Source: Entomortierella parvispora E1425
Taxonomy: Eukaryota > Fungi > Mortierellomycota
Assembly (NCBI GenBank): GCA_020891255.1
Contig: BQFW01000006.1
Coordinates: 124,001 to 188,000 of the forward strand
Direction: 5' to 3'
DNA: 64,000 nucleotides
In this document: positions 12,848 to 25,561 of the stretch, one piece after another
Numbering within the stretch: position 1 is the first letter of the stretch
Layout of the letters: the number at the start of each line of letters is the position of its first letter
Notes under the pieces: generated by a model
The model's input: only the letters and a program-made list of their open reading frames with translations
Databases searched by the model: none
Told to the model about the DNA's origin: nothing
Program-made: the position numbers and the translations under genes

Positions 12848-13402
12848 ATGAGCTTGAAGGGTCGTCAGCTCTTTGTTGGGAACGTAAGTTTGGACAGAAC
12901 CGCTGATCACCGTCTATTCCCCTCTATCGTTACCAAGCTAAAACTGACCTTTATTCATCTCTTCTTCGGATGTTATCATCTATAGATCCCATTTTCAGGT
13001 GAGTGAGAGCCTCCCTCGTTGTTGATAATGCGCTGTCCCTGGTAGAACATTTTCTTGACCTTTTTTTTTTTTTTTTTTTTTGGCTGATCCTTTACAGTCG
13101 GATGGCAGGATCTCAAAGTAGGCTGATATCATACAAAGTGGATCTGCTGCTTGGATGGAAGGAATAACGTTATTCAAATTGGCAAACATTCGTCTCCCGG
13201 TATCGACTCTTTGTAGGATCTCTTCCGCCAGGCTGGAATGGTTCAACGAGCCAACATTATGCAAAGCCAAGACGGTCGATCAAAAGGTCATGGCATCGTG
13301 CTGTTTAGCACAATCGAAGGAGCAGACAAGGCTACAGGTAAACACAGTTTAGGTATCTAGGTCCCATGCTTCCAGCTCCTGTCTTTCCGATTGTGTTGAC
13401 AC

Positions 13403-13435
<33 letters not shown>

Positions 13436-15986
13436 GTTTTGAATCTAGAGCAGCTCAATGGATTCATGTGGCATGGAAGAAAGCTGGAAGTGAGAGAGGT
13501 ATGTGGATGCGGGCAGATTCCACTGGAGGATTGGCACTACAGTGATTTAGTAAAGGTCCTAATATCGCCACCTTGTTCAATAGGATAGGGGCGTTGTTGA
13601 CCACGTTCCCAGGAAACCTGCTGTGGCTTCGTCAGAGGTAGACTAAGCTGATCAAAATGCCTACGTAGTGCTCTCATGATCAGATAATTGACGTTCAATA
13701 TGCATCTTCTAGGATCCCAATGCACTGGCAGACACTCTTCAGCAAAAACTCAAAGTCCAGGATGGCGAACATGAAGATTCAGATGGTACTGGAGACAACA
13801 AACTGGAAGGGTCGGCAAACGCCGGCAAGGATCACGCAGTCCCCACTGCCACTCCAGTTCTTGGAAGGACAGTGCATGTCGGAAATGTATGCCAAGGAAC
13901 TTTTATCGTCTGTCATGAAAATCAGACAAAGAATTTGCCCTCACAATGATCTCTGTCTCTGTAGATCCCATTTAGAGTCAGATGGCAGGATCTCAAGGAT
14001 CTCTTCCGAAAAGCTGGCAGAGTCGTCCGAGCAGATGTGGCGCTAAACCATGACAACCGGTCTAAAGGTCACGGCACAGTTATCTTTTCTACAGAAGATG
14101 AGGCAAAGAATGCCATTGGTGAGTCATCTAGGCTTTAGTTGTTGAAGGTCGCCCTCACTGACAAAAAGTGAGTTTGGACAGAACTGACCTATTTCCCTTT
14201 CAGTAATGTTTGACCAGTACCAGTGGCAGGATAGAATCTTGCAGGTCCAAGAGGAACGACCAGGACCAAGGCATCGCCATACAGAGAACGGACAAGCTGA
14301 TACAGGTGCAGACTCGACAGCTGAGGGTGGTCGAGATTCTCACACATATCCCGCAGGGCGACAGATCTTTGTTGGCAATGTGAGTGGAGATTTGTTTGGA
14401 ATATGACCATTGTTCCCAGCCGAATATGCCTTCCATGGATTCTCACCTTTCAACGTTCTCATCTTGATATCAGCTCCCCTTTCAGATTCAGTGGCAAGAT
14501 CTCAAGGATTTGTTCCAAGGCATTGGATCCGTGATTCGAGCAGACATTGCCCTTACTTATGATGGAAGGAGTCGCGGCTTTGGCTCGGTCTTGTTTGAAG
14601 CCCACGAGGACGCCAAAAATGCTATTGGTATGGACAAAATTGCTGTTGCTTGGACAGAGTGGGAAACTCCCATGACTCAATATCCTAGTATACTGACCGA
14701 TTGTTTTATTTTTTCTAGCCAATTTCAACAACCACGAGCTCAACGGACGAGTCCTTCGAGTCCACTACGATCGATATACGCCGATGGATGGACCTTTGGT
14801 GCATGGAGCCATGGGTCCAATGATGCATGCACCACACCACGCCCACCCACATGCTCATCACCAAGACATCCACTCTCATCGCCTACACCACATCATGCAT
14901 CCTCAACATGGACATGGATATCAAGGCAGCTATCACCAACCTCAGCTGATGACCCTTGGTAATCACCCTATGGTGCACAATTCCAATGTGCATCAGTTTA
15001 ACCTTGGTTTGCAGCCATACGATGGAAACCCATATCTGCCTTCAATGGCTGCTCTGCATGGGTCAAACGCGGTGAGCTCTGGCTATCTTGCCTCTGAAGA
15101 GAATAGCCGTGCCTTGGGCTCACCTCTCCAGGGCGATCTGGCGAATATGCCGGGGGTTCCAAGCAGCAGCGGCAACAGCGTCGTCACCTCTCAACGTCAG
15201 TTCAACCCTGACTTGTCAGCCACAGTTGTTTCTCCAGAGTCGCCTAGAATTGCGTCGTCGTCCACCATTGCAACGACTGCTAGTCCAGGATCAGCTGCAT
15301 TGTCAGATAAGCAAGACTCGCCTACAGACCCATCCCAGTATCCATTCTTGGCCAACCTTGGAACAATCGGTCAACTTTCCTCTCCAGGCACATCAGGGAT
15401 TGTAGGGGAGCATGCTGGACCTGGTCTTGGATCGACTTCTACTGAGCATGGACGGACAACCTCCACCTCGACACCAGAAGAAGGAGAACACGGCGCTGCA
15501 TCGCTGCATCCACAAAACCCATACCATTCCCTCAATATTGGAGAGGGACTGCCAATGCGACAGGACATGATGTTGGAGGATGCTGTGAATGGAGGCTTTA
15601 CCCCTCAGTTCTACATGTACCCACCTCCTCATCAAAACCAAGGGGTTGGACAGCAACTGGGACATCACCATCATGGCCTTGGCTCTTATCAGCAAACACC
15701 CGGCTATCCAACCTATCAGGACCAGTACTCTCAGAACCAGCGACACCATTTCTCTCATGGACCCCACGTGGGAGTGATTGGATCGCATGGGAACATGTCC
15801 TTGGGTCGTGGCTATATGAATCACCAGTCTGAGTGGATGGCCCACCCAAACTCCTTTTCGATGGGAGCACCGCCTCAACATATGTATGGAAGTGGTAGCG
15901 GTGCGGATGGCAATGGTCCTCTTGCCTTTGGAGGGTCCTATGGACAAGGGACGGAGGGTGATGAGGCGGAGTACAACGAAACGTAG
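12848..15986 (+). CDS. Triple-RRM RNA-binding protein (Gbp2/Hrb1/hnRNP-M-like) with long His/Gly/Gln low-complexity tail
   Basis: Three spliced RRMs of the form xxxVGN(I/L)PFxxxWQDLKDLF...RSKGHG/RSRGFG. ~400-aa disordered last exon. Confidence 0.88.
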
Positions 15987-16209
15987 GTACCCTTTACATT
16001 ATGTTTTCTCTTTTTTTCGTGTATGAAGAGACTTTGGATGGGGATCTGCTTCTTTATCTAAAACAATATCTTTTTCTTGACCCTCTTGGCGGCGACATAG
16101 GACTCAATTCTGAATAACCAAGGATGATGATTACCTTTTGTAGTTGAAATAATATGTTTGAATAGAAAAAAAACCCCCTGTGATATCTTTTTCTTCTTTC
16201 CTCTCCTAA

Positions 16210-16445
16210 TTTGCTACTTTGCTACTTTGCTACTCTACTACATTGCTACTCCACCACTCCATCACTCCTCTACTCTGCTACCTCACTACTTCACCACTAC
16301 TTCACTACTTCACTACTTCACTACATACCTCGATACTCCACTACTCCACTACTCCACTACTCTACTACCTCATTATTCTGTTGCTCTGCCCACTCCACTA
16401 CTTCACTGCCTGCTACTCTGCTACTCTGCTACTTTGCTACTTTAG
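16210..16445. repeat. Degenerate 8-bp-period minisatellite (TTGCTACT/CTGCTACT/TCACTACT/CCACTACT)
   Basis: Directly visible tandem CTACT-core units. Confidence 0.85.
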
Positions 16446-16568
16446 TATATTTGCTTCTTTTCCACGGTTCATCATTTTGAACTTTACCCCACAATCGGAC
16501 GTTATCAAAGAGAGGAAAAAGGGTAAACCGAACGGTGCTGTCATCTTTAGGTTACACCAGATCTGCTC

Positions 16569-16599
<31 letters not shown>

Positions 16600-16863
16600 G
16601 GCTTTGTTCGACTTGGAGTTTGTTTGTGTCGATGATCACTTTTTTATTTTATTTTTTTTTTTTTTTTGTCAAATTCTAAAAAAAATCATAGATAAGAGCG
16701 CACTGGTATGAGGGGAGAGGGAAAGAGAGGGAAAGATGGCGTTGAACAAAAAGAACAAACAAGAAAAGAAAAAAAAAAAAAAAGTGGGTTCGCAAAATCA
16801 GATGTATAGAAACAAAAACAGAACAAGAACAAGGAATCAAGACAACGATCCAGCATCATCCTC

Positions 16864-18360
16864 TTATTCCGCATGCAAGGACTCGTAGAGCGATACAACA
16901 GCAAAGATCTCAAACACGACAGCGCCCGCAAGAGTGACTAGAATGAAAATAAAAATAACAACAGCCGATCAGGTTAGGTTAATAACACCACCATATTGGA
17001 TCATAATACGCCTTACGGAGAGGGTGGGGGGGGGTCCTGTGATAACCCATGCAATCCCTTCATTACCTGTTCGAACGGAAATCCTTGAAGCGAGCATGCG
17101 TCCTCCAATGACGGCAACTCCTGTACAAAGTGAATGTCCAAGGACAGCACCGATCGATACCCACACCATGTTCTAATAGGGATAAGGTGGGAAAAAAGGC
17201 AAACAAACAAACGAGTTAGAACAAGGCCGATGGGATCGTTTTACTTCCATGGACAATGCTCGGTAAAGTCACCCCTCTTCTCTTCTTTTCTTTTCTTACG
17301 TGAGCAGCCGCCAGGGCAATAGTGGCGATCTGGGACCGATCACCCCACTCGGCCAAGAAAGTCATGATGAAGGTCTGAACAAAGACGGGCGAGAACAAGA
17401 GCTGGAACAGATTGACGACACCCGAAGCCTGCTTCTTGGTCGATGCACTCTTGAGGGAGGATGGTTCAGGATCCATGCCGACCAACACACTGGTATCGCG
17501 CGCATCCTCGGCCTGGTTGGCAGTGGTCGAGTCACCAGCCTCAGCCCGCTGCAACATTTCCAGATCCTCCTTGTCCTGCAACTCCTGTGTGACCTCCTCG
17601 AGCTCATGCTTGGCGTCCTCCTCTGTCATGTAGTAGCCGTCGTAGAACATGCGGATGCCGAAACAAAAGAACAGGAGCGCTGCCAAGTAGTTGGTGTAGG
17701 TTCTAGGGATCAAGTTGGGCACCGCATGACCAAAAGCGGCAGAAAGGACCGACATGATGGCCAGGGCCGACAGAGCGGCCGAGAAGACCAGGAGGCGAGG
17801 GTGCTTCATGGCCATGATGGCTGCAATCAGAAAGGTCTTGTCGCCAATCTCGGACACGACAATCATGGCCAACGACAGGAAAAAGGACTGAGTTTCCTCC
17901 GAGCTCAGTTCAATGCCCGATCCCACCTCGGAGCTGGTGGGGGTGGCCGAGTAGAGACCCGTATCGTGGTACTAGAAGGGATATATATAAAAAGGGTCAG
18001 GGCCAAGGGAACCGGAGCATTCTTTTGGAGACCCTCGTTCCACGGGAAGGAGTGGGGGTGGCGGTGTCGAGGCACAAGGCGAGGCATGCGTTAAGAACAG
18101 AGGCACAAAAAGGGGGGCTGTGGCGGAGGACAGGACAGCACAGGACAGCACAGGGCAGGAAAGGAGAGTCAGTAGCACCAGAATGGAAGTCCAGATGAAG
18201 GATGGACTCGCATCTCTTTTGTGTCTCTCTTTCTTACATTGTTTTCCTCATCGACCACCTCCACAGGTGAGGCAGAGGCCAGGGTCTGGTGAAAAGAGAG
18301 GACAAGGCAGGTCGAGAGAAGGGCGACGATCAGGGCCCGGCGTAAGCGTAAAGTGGGCAT
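16864..18360 (-). CDS. GDT1: GDT1/TMEM165 (UPF0016) Ca2+/Mn2+ transporter with signal peptide
   Basis: EIGDKT and EWGDRSQ motifs, hydrophobic helices, and signal-peptide exon MPTLRLRRALIVALLSTCLVLSF. Confidence 0.95.
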
Positions 18361-18748
18361 GGCTATTATTCTTTTTGCTATGAATGGAATGGAGAGAACA
18401 AGGGGGGGGGAAAGGGGGTGAAGAAGGATGCGAGCTATGGGCAGCCCAGCAACGGATGAGAGCTGTGGAGATTAAAGTAGAGAGGAGGAGAGATGAATGC
18501 AATGACCCTTGAGTGCGAGTGAGTGAGTGAGTGAGAACGAGAGATTGATTGATTGATGAATAAAGAGGGTTGTTGATGAGAGGAGAAGAAGAAGGAGAAG
18601 AAGAAGGAGAAAAGGGAACAGAAGACTGAAGATAAGAATCACATCCAGAAAGAGACTGGGAAAATAAAACATTTTATTTTCAGAGAGCATTTCGTTCAGA
18701 TTGGATTCAAGGTGCGACCGTGGGTGGACCCTTTTGATTTGTTTGTCT

Positions 18749-18800
18749 TGTGTGATGTGTGTGTGATGTGTGTGATGTGTGTGATGTGTGTGATGTGTGT
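18749..18800. repeat. (GTGATGTGT)n microsatellite between GDT1 5' end and DCP1 3' end
   Basis: About five tandem copies visible. Confidence 0.85.
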
Positions 18801-19042
18801 TGCGCGCTTGTGCGTGTTGCGTGTCTGCGTCTGCGTCTGTGGTTCTCTTGCTTCTTCTTCTTCTTCTTGGCATCGCATCTCTGTCTTTATTACAACTCTT
18901 TTTTTTTTTCTTTCTTCTTTCTTCTTTCTTCTTTCTTCTTTCGCTCTTTGTCTTTCTTTCTCTCTCTCTCTCTGATCAATCGATCCATCGGATCCGATCC
19001 TACTCTTTCATCATCGTCGTTATCGTCTATTTTACCTCCTCT

Positions 19043-21092
19043 CTATCCTCGTCGGGCCAGCACTGCTGTGTAGTTCGAGTACAACACATCCATGAACTGA
19101 GGATCCGCCTGCAGCAACCCCATAAAGCGCTGTGCAAACTCGGCCTTGGGCATCACTTCCGTGCCATTCGAAACAAACCCTCGCTGCTGCTGCTGCATGA
19201 ATCCAACGGCGCCCATCGCTGCGTGCATCGCATCCGCTGGAAAGTTGGGGAGCCCCAAGCCGCCAGGAGGGGGAGGGGGTGCAGGCAATCCCATCATCGA
19301 AGGTCCTCCTGGATGATGAGGAAAAGGCATCGGAGGAGGGGGTGGGTGAGGGTGGTGCATATGAGGACCCCCATTCAGCTGAGGGGGTGGTGGGTGCCGC
19401 ATGTGCCCACCGGGCATCATGGGCATTGACAAGGGCGATGGCATCATCCCTGGTGAATAGGGATGAGCGGGTGCCTGAAGTGGCGATCCATGACCAGGTG
19501 GCATTCCATTGGGTCGGTTCAAGATCGAGGCAGCTGCAATGGTCGACGATGGCGATGGGTGATATTGTGGTTGCTGTTGTTGTTGCTGTTGTTGCTGCTG
19601 TTGTTGTTGATGTTGCTGTTGCTGTGGACCATTCAAACTGTTGGGTCGACTATTCCCTGATCCATAAAGACCATTGGGCATGACTGATGCGGGCAAAAAT
19701 TCTGCAGAGAGAGGAACGCCTGACTGTCGCCCAAGATCTCCACTACTTGTTCGTCCTCCAGAGAACGCATCCAGTAGAGGGTTAGATGCTGGCCCCGCCT
19801 CATTCGATTGACTGTTGGATGTCTTCTTCGTATCTGCATCAGAATCCTTGTCTTTTGAAATAATGGCCATAAGGAACGAGGGAATCTCTGTCGTCGATGC
19901 CGCTCCTTTGTTGGAATCTTGCGATTGCTGGGGTGCCGCACTACTTCTAGAGAGTTGAGGGCTCTGTCCTGACACCGGATGATCTTGAGGATGTTGATGT
20001 TGCTGTTTTGATGTAGAGCCAGTGGACTGGTTCAATGGAGCGCCTGAAGTCTCGGAAACTCTTGCTCTAGACATGGCATCGCTCAACATCCTTGACAGAG
20101 GATCCGCTGAAGCAGGGTTGGCTGAGGCAGTCCGTGGTGACGCATTGGAGCCTTGCCTTTGGTTGTGAAGTTGCGATGAGGCTGCTGGCGAAGTAGAGGA
20201 AGGCGCGTGGGCAGAAGCAGCAGGAAATGGGTCGTCTTTTGCTTTTTTGCAGCAACTGCGATGCATGAGGAGGAGGAGGAGGGGATAATGTCTTTCAGTG
20301 AGTTGTCATTTAGATCCATGCAGTGCTCTCCTATCGAGGGGACGTATCGTCAACATACTCGACTAGTTTTTCTCCAATCCTCTCTCGATCTGTTGGCTCG
20401 TAGATCCAGATTCCGTGAATATCTAGTCAAAGAGAAAAAGAAAACATAGACCGTCGACGTTAGATATCTGTCCTTTGGATCGCATTATAGACTCTGTTCT
20501 ACAAAGGGGCTGTACCTTTTTCATCCCGATAAATAATATAGTCCGCTGTCAACTGAAGCGAAAAATCTGCTGTAAGATCTGCCATAAGATTGTCGATGCC
20601 GAGTCTGTTCATAATAAAGAATCCAAAGGAGGGCGATGTTGATCTATATGTGGTCAAGATAAAAGAAAGAAAAGATGAGATGATCCTGTCCAGATGCCCC
20701 ACGCAGGAAATAACCCGCAATAAGATCAAAAGGTTGACGCCTCCTGTAATGGTTGCCACTCTTGCTCAAGACGGTAAAACAGCCCTAGGAGGTCCTACCT
20801 CTTGAAGACAAACATTGTGCCTTCGACGCCCTTCTTTGTCTATAGTGATGTGGATGCAACAGTGGTCGAGCATGTCAGTACAGAGTAGGGAGACGTAATC
20901 CAATTCAAATCATCCGCGTCTTCCATGCTTTGAATCGCGCGCAGAGGACAAAGGGGAACGTACCCAGGCCTGTGAGTCCTCGTCAAACTTGTAGACGACG
21001 ACATAGCTTGAGCTGTCGATGATATCGGTGATATTGGCATCATGCCGCTGGAGCACGCTGAGATTGACGGCCTTGCGTGCAGACTTGTTCAT
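19043..21092 (-). CDS. DCP1: mRNA-decapping subunit Dcp1 (EVH1 domain, polyQ/Pro-rich linker, C-terminal helical domain)
   Basis: AVNLSVLQRHD...YVVVYKFD..W, TKKGVEGTMFVFKR, FGFFIMNRLG and IHGIWIYE exons. Confidence 0.93.
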
Positions 21093-21432
21093 GGCGTGTC
21101 TGTCGTGGCGGGGATGGAAATGGTACTTGCTGGGGTTAGTCGGGAAGGGAAGATGAACAAAAGTGTGGACAGTACACGAATGCGGATGGGTGGGGATGGA
21201 TGGATGATGTGGTGAAAAGAAGAAAGAGGAAGGAAGAAAAGAAGGAAGGCAAGGCAAAGGGGGCAACTTTCATGCATGAACCCAATCCCATGATCCCATG
21301 ACTTAACTTGACTGACATCGACATGACACACGTTGACAAAGTCAGCACGAGTTAAGGGTCCGTTGGCCTCTTCCATGCATCTCTTTTTTCGCTTCTCTCT
21401 TCCCCATTCCCCTCTCCAAGAATCGAAACTCA

Positions 21433-22336
21433 ATGGCCCAACCACAGTCCCGGAAACCAAAGGTCCATATCAGCGGGTCGGAAGCCCTTGTCTGGGATGT
21501 CGATGGTATGTAATCCGAGGGAAAGGTCATCCACCCACAGCCCAAAAGGATATTTGTCGATTCTTAATTTTTTTTTTCCTTTTTTCCTTTTTGTTTTCAC
21601 CTTCTTCTTAGATGTGCGGTATTTGCGACAAACACTCAGGATCACCGGCTCGCTGGCGGGGTCGCTGCCGAGGAGTCCGATGCAAAACATCTTTCAGGGG
21701 CTGCCTTTGCGGTTGATGCCCGAGGAGGTGTATGCTCTCGAGGCCAAAGGACTGGTGGACATCGTGGACGAAACTCACTCTTACAACCCACCACCATCGT
21801 CCACAGAACAATCAGAGACCCACCAGCAACAGTCAGCGTCGGGGTCGGAACAGATTACCCTCAGCACGCGATCAGATAATCTGCCCTGGTACCAGCCACA
21901 GCCATTGCCGCATCCTGCTGCAACCTCGCTCCAGCAGTGTGACAGGAGCGTGCATGATCGTCAACGGGACAAGATGCGCGCCACTGTGTTTGCAAATTTG
22001 TGGGACACGCAAAAGTACTTTGTTGCACCCGGCATGAAGTTTGGTGGCGATTATCTACTTTACAAGCAGGACCCTCTGATCTGTCATGCAAGTTTTGTAG
22101 CATCCGTCAAGGAGATGGATGAGTCGTTGACCCTCACTGACCTTGCAACAAGCGCCAGATTAGCCACCACAGTCCAAAAGAAACATCTCCTTTGCTCGCC
22201 TTCTCCAAGTGGTGATACTCGGGTATCTGATCCACAAATACCTGCCGACTCTTCCCCTGATCCCATCCCTACATCTTTGTCTCCTGATACAGCCAACAGT
22301 ATCGCCGTATTTGCCGTCGAATGGGCAGGATTCTAG
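21433..22336 (+). CDS. SEN34: tRNA-splicing endonuclease catalytic subunit Sen34; one intron
   Basis: LPLRLMPEEV, GMKFGGDYLLY, CHA and QKK (Tyr/His/Lys triad). Confidence 0.9.
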
Positions 22337-22388
22337 TTATTATACCAATTTTTATAATAATATACATTGATTCTAAACAATCAAGTAC

Positions 22389-23690
22389 CTATACACGTCG
22401 TGAAGTGGCCGCGACAAAGGGTGAAAAATCATCGTCCCCATGTTTTGGCGTCAGATCCTCGTCCTCGATCTCAAACCGGTCGTGCACTGGGTGATGGGAC
22501 AAGTTGTCGAGTCGATCGTGCGTCGCCTGTCCCACTAAATGACTATCGCCATCTGCACCGTCCTCGTCATAGTTGAGCTCCAGTCCACCCACAAGGCCAT
22601 ACATGTCCTCCTGGTCCTCGTCTATCCGGAGAGGGAACTTTTCCGATGGTTTTTGCTTGAGAATATAGTCAATGACCCAGAATTGACAAATGTTCATGCT
22701 GAGGGGCAAGAATAACATCACAAACAAGATTTGAAGCTTTTCGTTCGAGGCGGTCCAGCCGAGAACCCAATCACCAAAAGTGAAAAGGAATGGCTATTGA
22801 AAAAGAAAAAGAAAAAAAAGAAAAAAAAAAAGGCAATCGGAGACCAGGAAAATTTAGTTCTCAGGAACAAATATGCACCATGCGCTCAAGTATTCGACTT
22901 GAAAGAACATCAATTGACGCTTACCCAAGTGAGAACAATGACCACGACAATCTTCATCACGACAAGTCCGAGCGAAAAGACCAAGGTCTGCTTCCACCAG
23001 CGCTCAAACTGAGGTGGGTTGCCATAGTCTCCTGTCTTGAGTCCCTCGATTCTAGACCGCGTAAAGTAATAGTCGGCCGCCCTCAAAAACAAGTAAAGTA
23101 CTCCCACTCCAAAGGTCGTGTCCAAGAAGATGTTCAAAAAGTACCTATAAAATGAAAATAAAAAGGGCCAAAATCGACAATTGGATCACAAGGTCAGTTA
23201 CTGGACAAAGGGCCCAACCACCACTGCTTGAACGCAAAACGTGGGAGACAGAAACGTAAAAAAAAACACTCACCAAATGCAAGGATTCGAGTCCTTCTGC
23301 TCTGATGACAGTCCAAAGACGGTTGCTGAAATCAGATTAAGCGAATGGATGACAACACCTCCCACGATTTGCTTGCTCACATCGTACAGCCTACGAGACA
23401 TGACACGCATGCAAGAAGAAGAAAAAAAAAAAAAAAAAAGGAGACCGTTTTAGGTACCACGTTTGACTTTAAAATAGAGACATCCCGACAACCAGCGACG
23501 ACACTTACCAGACTTTGAGTGGTCTCATGGGCCGCTCCTTGCTACGCTTAAAGATGAGGGTCGAGAAGGCGATCGTGGCCAGGAGGAGCTGGACAAAGAT
23601 GGCAAAGGAGCTCATCAACTCACAGGTGTTTGGAGCGTGAGGGGTCTGGTCCTCATCTGGCTCAGCTCGCTGGACTAGCAGGTAACCCAT
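22389..23690 (-). CDS. STIMATE/TMEM110-like multi-pass vacuolar membrane protein (YPL162C-like)
   Basis: CELMSSFAIFVQLLL, KERPMRPLKVW, DVSKQ, NPCIW, NIFLDTT, GDYGNPP and QFWVIDYILK. Confidence 0.88.
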
Positions 23691-24325
23691 TGCTGATGAA
23701 GAGGGAGACTGAGAAGGGATTAGGGGGGTCGAGAAGGAACAGGGCGAGAGAAGAGGAGGAATAGATGGCACGAACGATGGATGACGACAGGAAAAAAGAA
23801 CAAGGAACGAAAGACAGACCGACACTTGGCTGCATGGGCATGCAAAAGTGAAAATGGCCTCGCCAAACGGGCTTTTGTGCCATGCACGTGACAGTGGTAT
23901 AATTTTTGGTGGCGTTCGTTTTTCGAATAGCACCCTCGGTGATCTGCAACAAGGGTCCGTCTCAGATCCAGTCGCCATGAAATATTCTTCATCCTTTGCC
24001 GCCTCTCTTTTCTTCTTTCCTCACTTCTCCATTCTTCTACCCCTTCCTCTTCTGTACTTCTCCACTTGTAGGTGTACATCTTCTGAAAAGACCCTACACT
24101 CTTCAAAAGCGCCGATCTTCCCATCTCTTGCCTCCGGCATTCCACTACACTCCTTTGACTATACCTCAGTCTTGGATCTGCTGCCAAGAACCCTCCATAC
24201 AAACACCACTTTGCCCGGAGCAGACGTATCCTCCCACCAGCATCAAGCAATTCTCCTCGTCAACTCTGACTGCATGATTGCATGACCCACCTTCATCACG
24301 TTCCGGATCATCAGCTGCAAACACA

Positions 24326-25561
24326 ATGCTGTCGTCATATACCCGCACTCTCGTGTTACTCTCCGCCACAACAGTCCTCCGCTGTGAAGCAACAACAGAG
24401 AACACACCTTCGACATCAACAACACCCCACTCTCCCAAAACCCAGCCTGATTCTGGCATCCACACAACAGTCATCACCAGTACCAGCCCCGACTGTCAGA
24501 TCGAGACCCGGACATGGTGCCCGCAAGATCAGTCCTGCTATGTGACCACAGACGGTTTTAAATGCGAGACCTGGACAACGACAGGCTGGGTCATCATCCC
24601 CAACCTCAACATCTATTTCGCTCGCCCACCAGAGAACCACACGCTTCCAGTCTCGGGGGCCTGTTCACTCTTGCCCTTGCCGACCAACACGACTCTTCAA
24701 GATCTGCTGGTCCTAGCCATGAAGCGATATGATGCCTACTACCGAACTTCGACCATCCTGATATCAGACAACCCAACGTCGATCCTAGAAGGTTATAGCA
24801 ACTGCAAGGATGTCCATCAACGCTGTGTGGACAATCAATGTGTTCCAGTCATACCGCTGGGAGAGGTCTGTAAAGGCAACTCTGAATGCCACAACTCCAG
24901 ACTGAACGGCACAAAAGTCAGAGGTCCGATCTGTGAATACCTCCCTGGGAAATTGGAGGATCCGCCCAGATGTGTCAACTATATTCAAGTCCCGGGACAC
25001 CCCGACAACGACCACAGCCCGGTCCATGGACACAGGAGAAGCCATGTCTGGATCTACGTTGTGGCTGTGCTCTTGTTCGCAGTGTTGATGATCGCCCTTC
25101 TCGTGTGTTGGAGATCTCGTCGTCCACAACAGATCGCGCCGACCATGATGGACCGATCGTTTGATGAAACTATCGGCCCCTTGTCAGAAGGACCGATTGG
25201 AGCCACTAGACGGGTGAGCTCTGCGGCAGGATTGATGCATGAAAAGGATATGGAGCTGGATCAGGCGTTTTTGAATCGGATTGGACATCGGTCAGCGACG
25301 GTGCATCGGACAGAGCGACTGTGGGGTGACAATGCGTTGGTGGTGCAGCCTCCGACGGTGGGACCAGGTCTGAGGCCGTCTCCGGATGAGAGTCGACTGG
25401 GCAATGGGGTTGACGTGGAGGGCGTGCCTCCACCGCCTCCAGCGGCACAGGAACACGGCCACTCTGTCACCTTTGCACCCTTGGAGCAATCAGAGCAACC
25501 ACCAGTAGAGCATCCAGAGCAGCTACCAGACCTGCCGAGTAGATCTGTGGTTGACAGATAA
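24326..25561 (+). CDS. Intronless type-I membrane protein: signal peptide, Thr-rich stalk, Cys-rich ectodomain, one TM, Pro-rich tail
   Basis: Long ORF with N-terminal hydrophobic stretch, about a dozen ectodomain Cys, and TM VWIYVVAVLLFAVLMIALLVCW followed by RSRR. Confidence 0.8.
   Translation: MLSSYTRTLVLLSATTVLRCEATTENTPSTSTTPHSPKTQPDSGIHTTVITSTSPDCQIETRTWCPQDQSCYVTTDGFKCETWTTTGWVIIPNLNIYFARPPENHTLPVSGACSLLPLPTNTTLQDLLVLAMKRYDAYYRTSTILISDNPTSILEGYSNCKDVHQRCVDNQCVPVIPLGEVCKGNSECHNSRLNGTKVRGPICEYLPGKLEDPPRCVNYIQVPGHPDNDHSPVHGHRRSHVWIYVVAVLLFAVLMIALLVCWRSRRPQQIAPTMMDRSFDETIGPLSEGPIGATRRVSSAAGLMHEKDMELDQAFLNRIGHRSATVHRTERLWGDNALVVQPPTVGPGLRPSPDESRLGNGVDVEGVPPPPPAAQEHGHSVTFAPLEQSEQPPVEHPEQLPDLPSRSVVDR

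Noticed and set aside
19565-19625. PolyQ tract in DCP1, plus intronic T/A homopolymers and (TTCG)n at 45664
   Set aside because: Ordinary low-complexity features for this type of genome.
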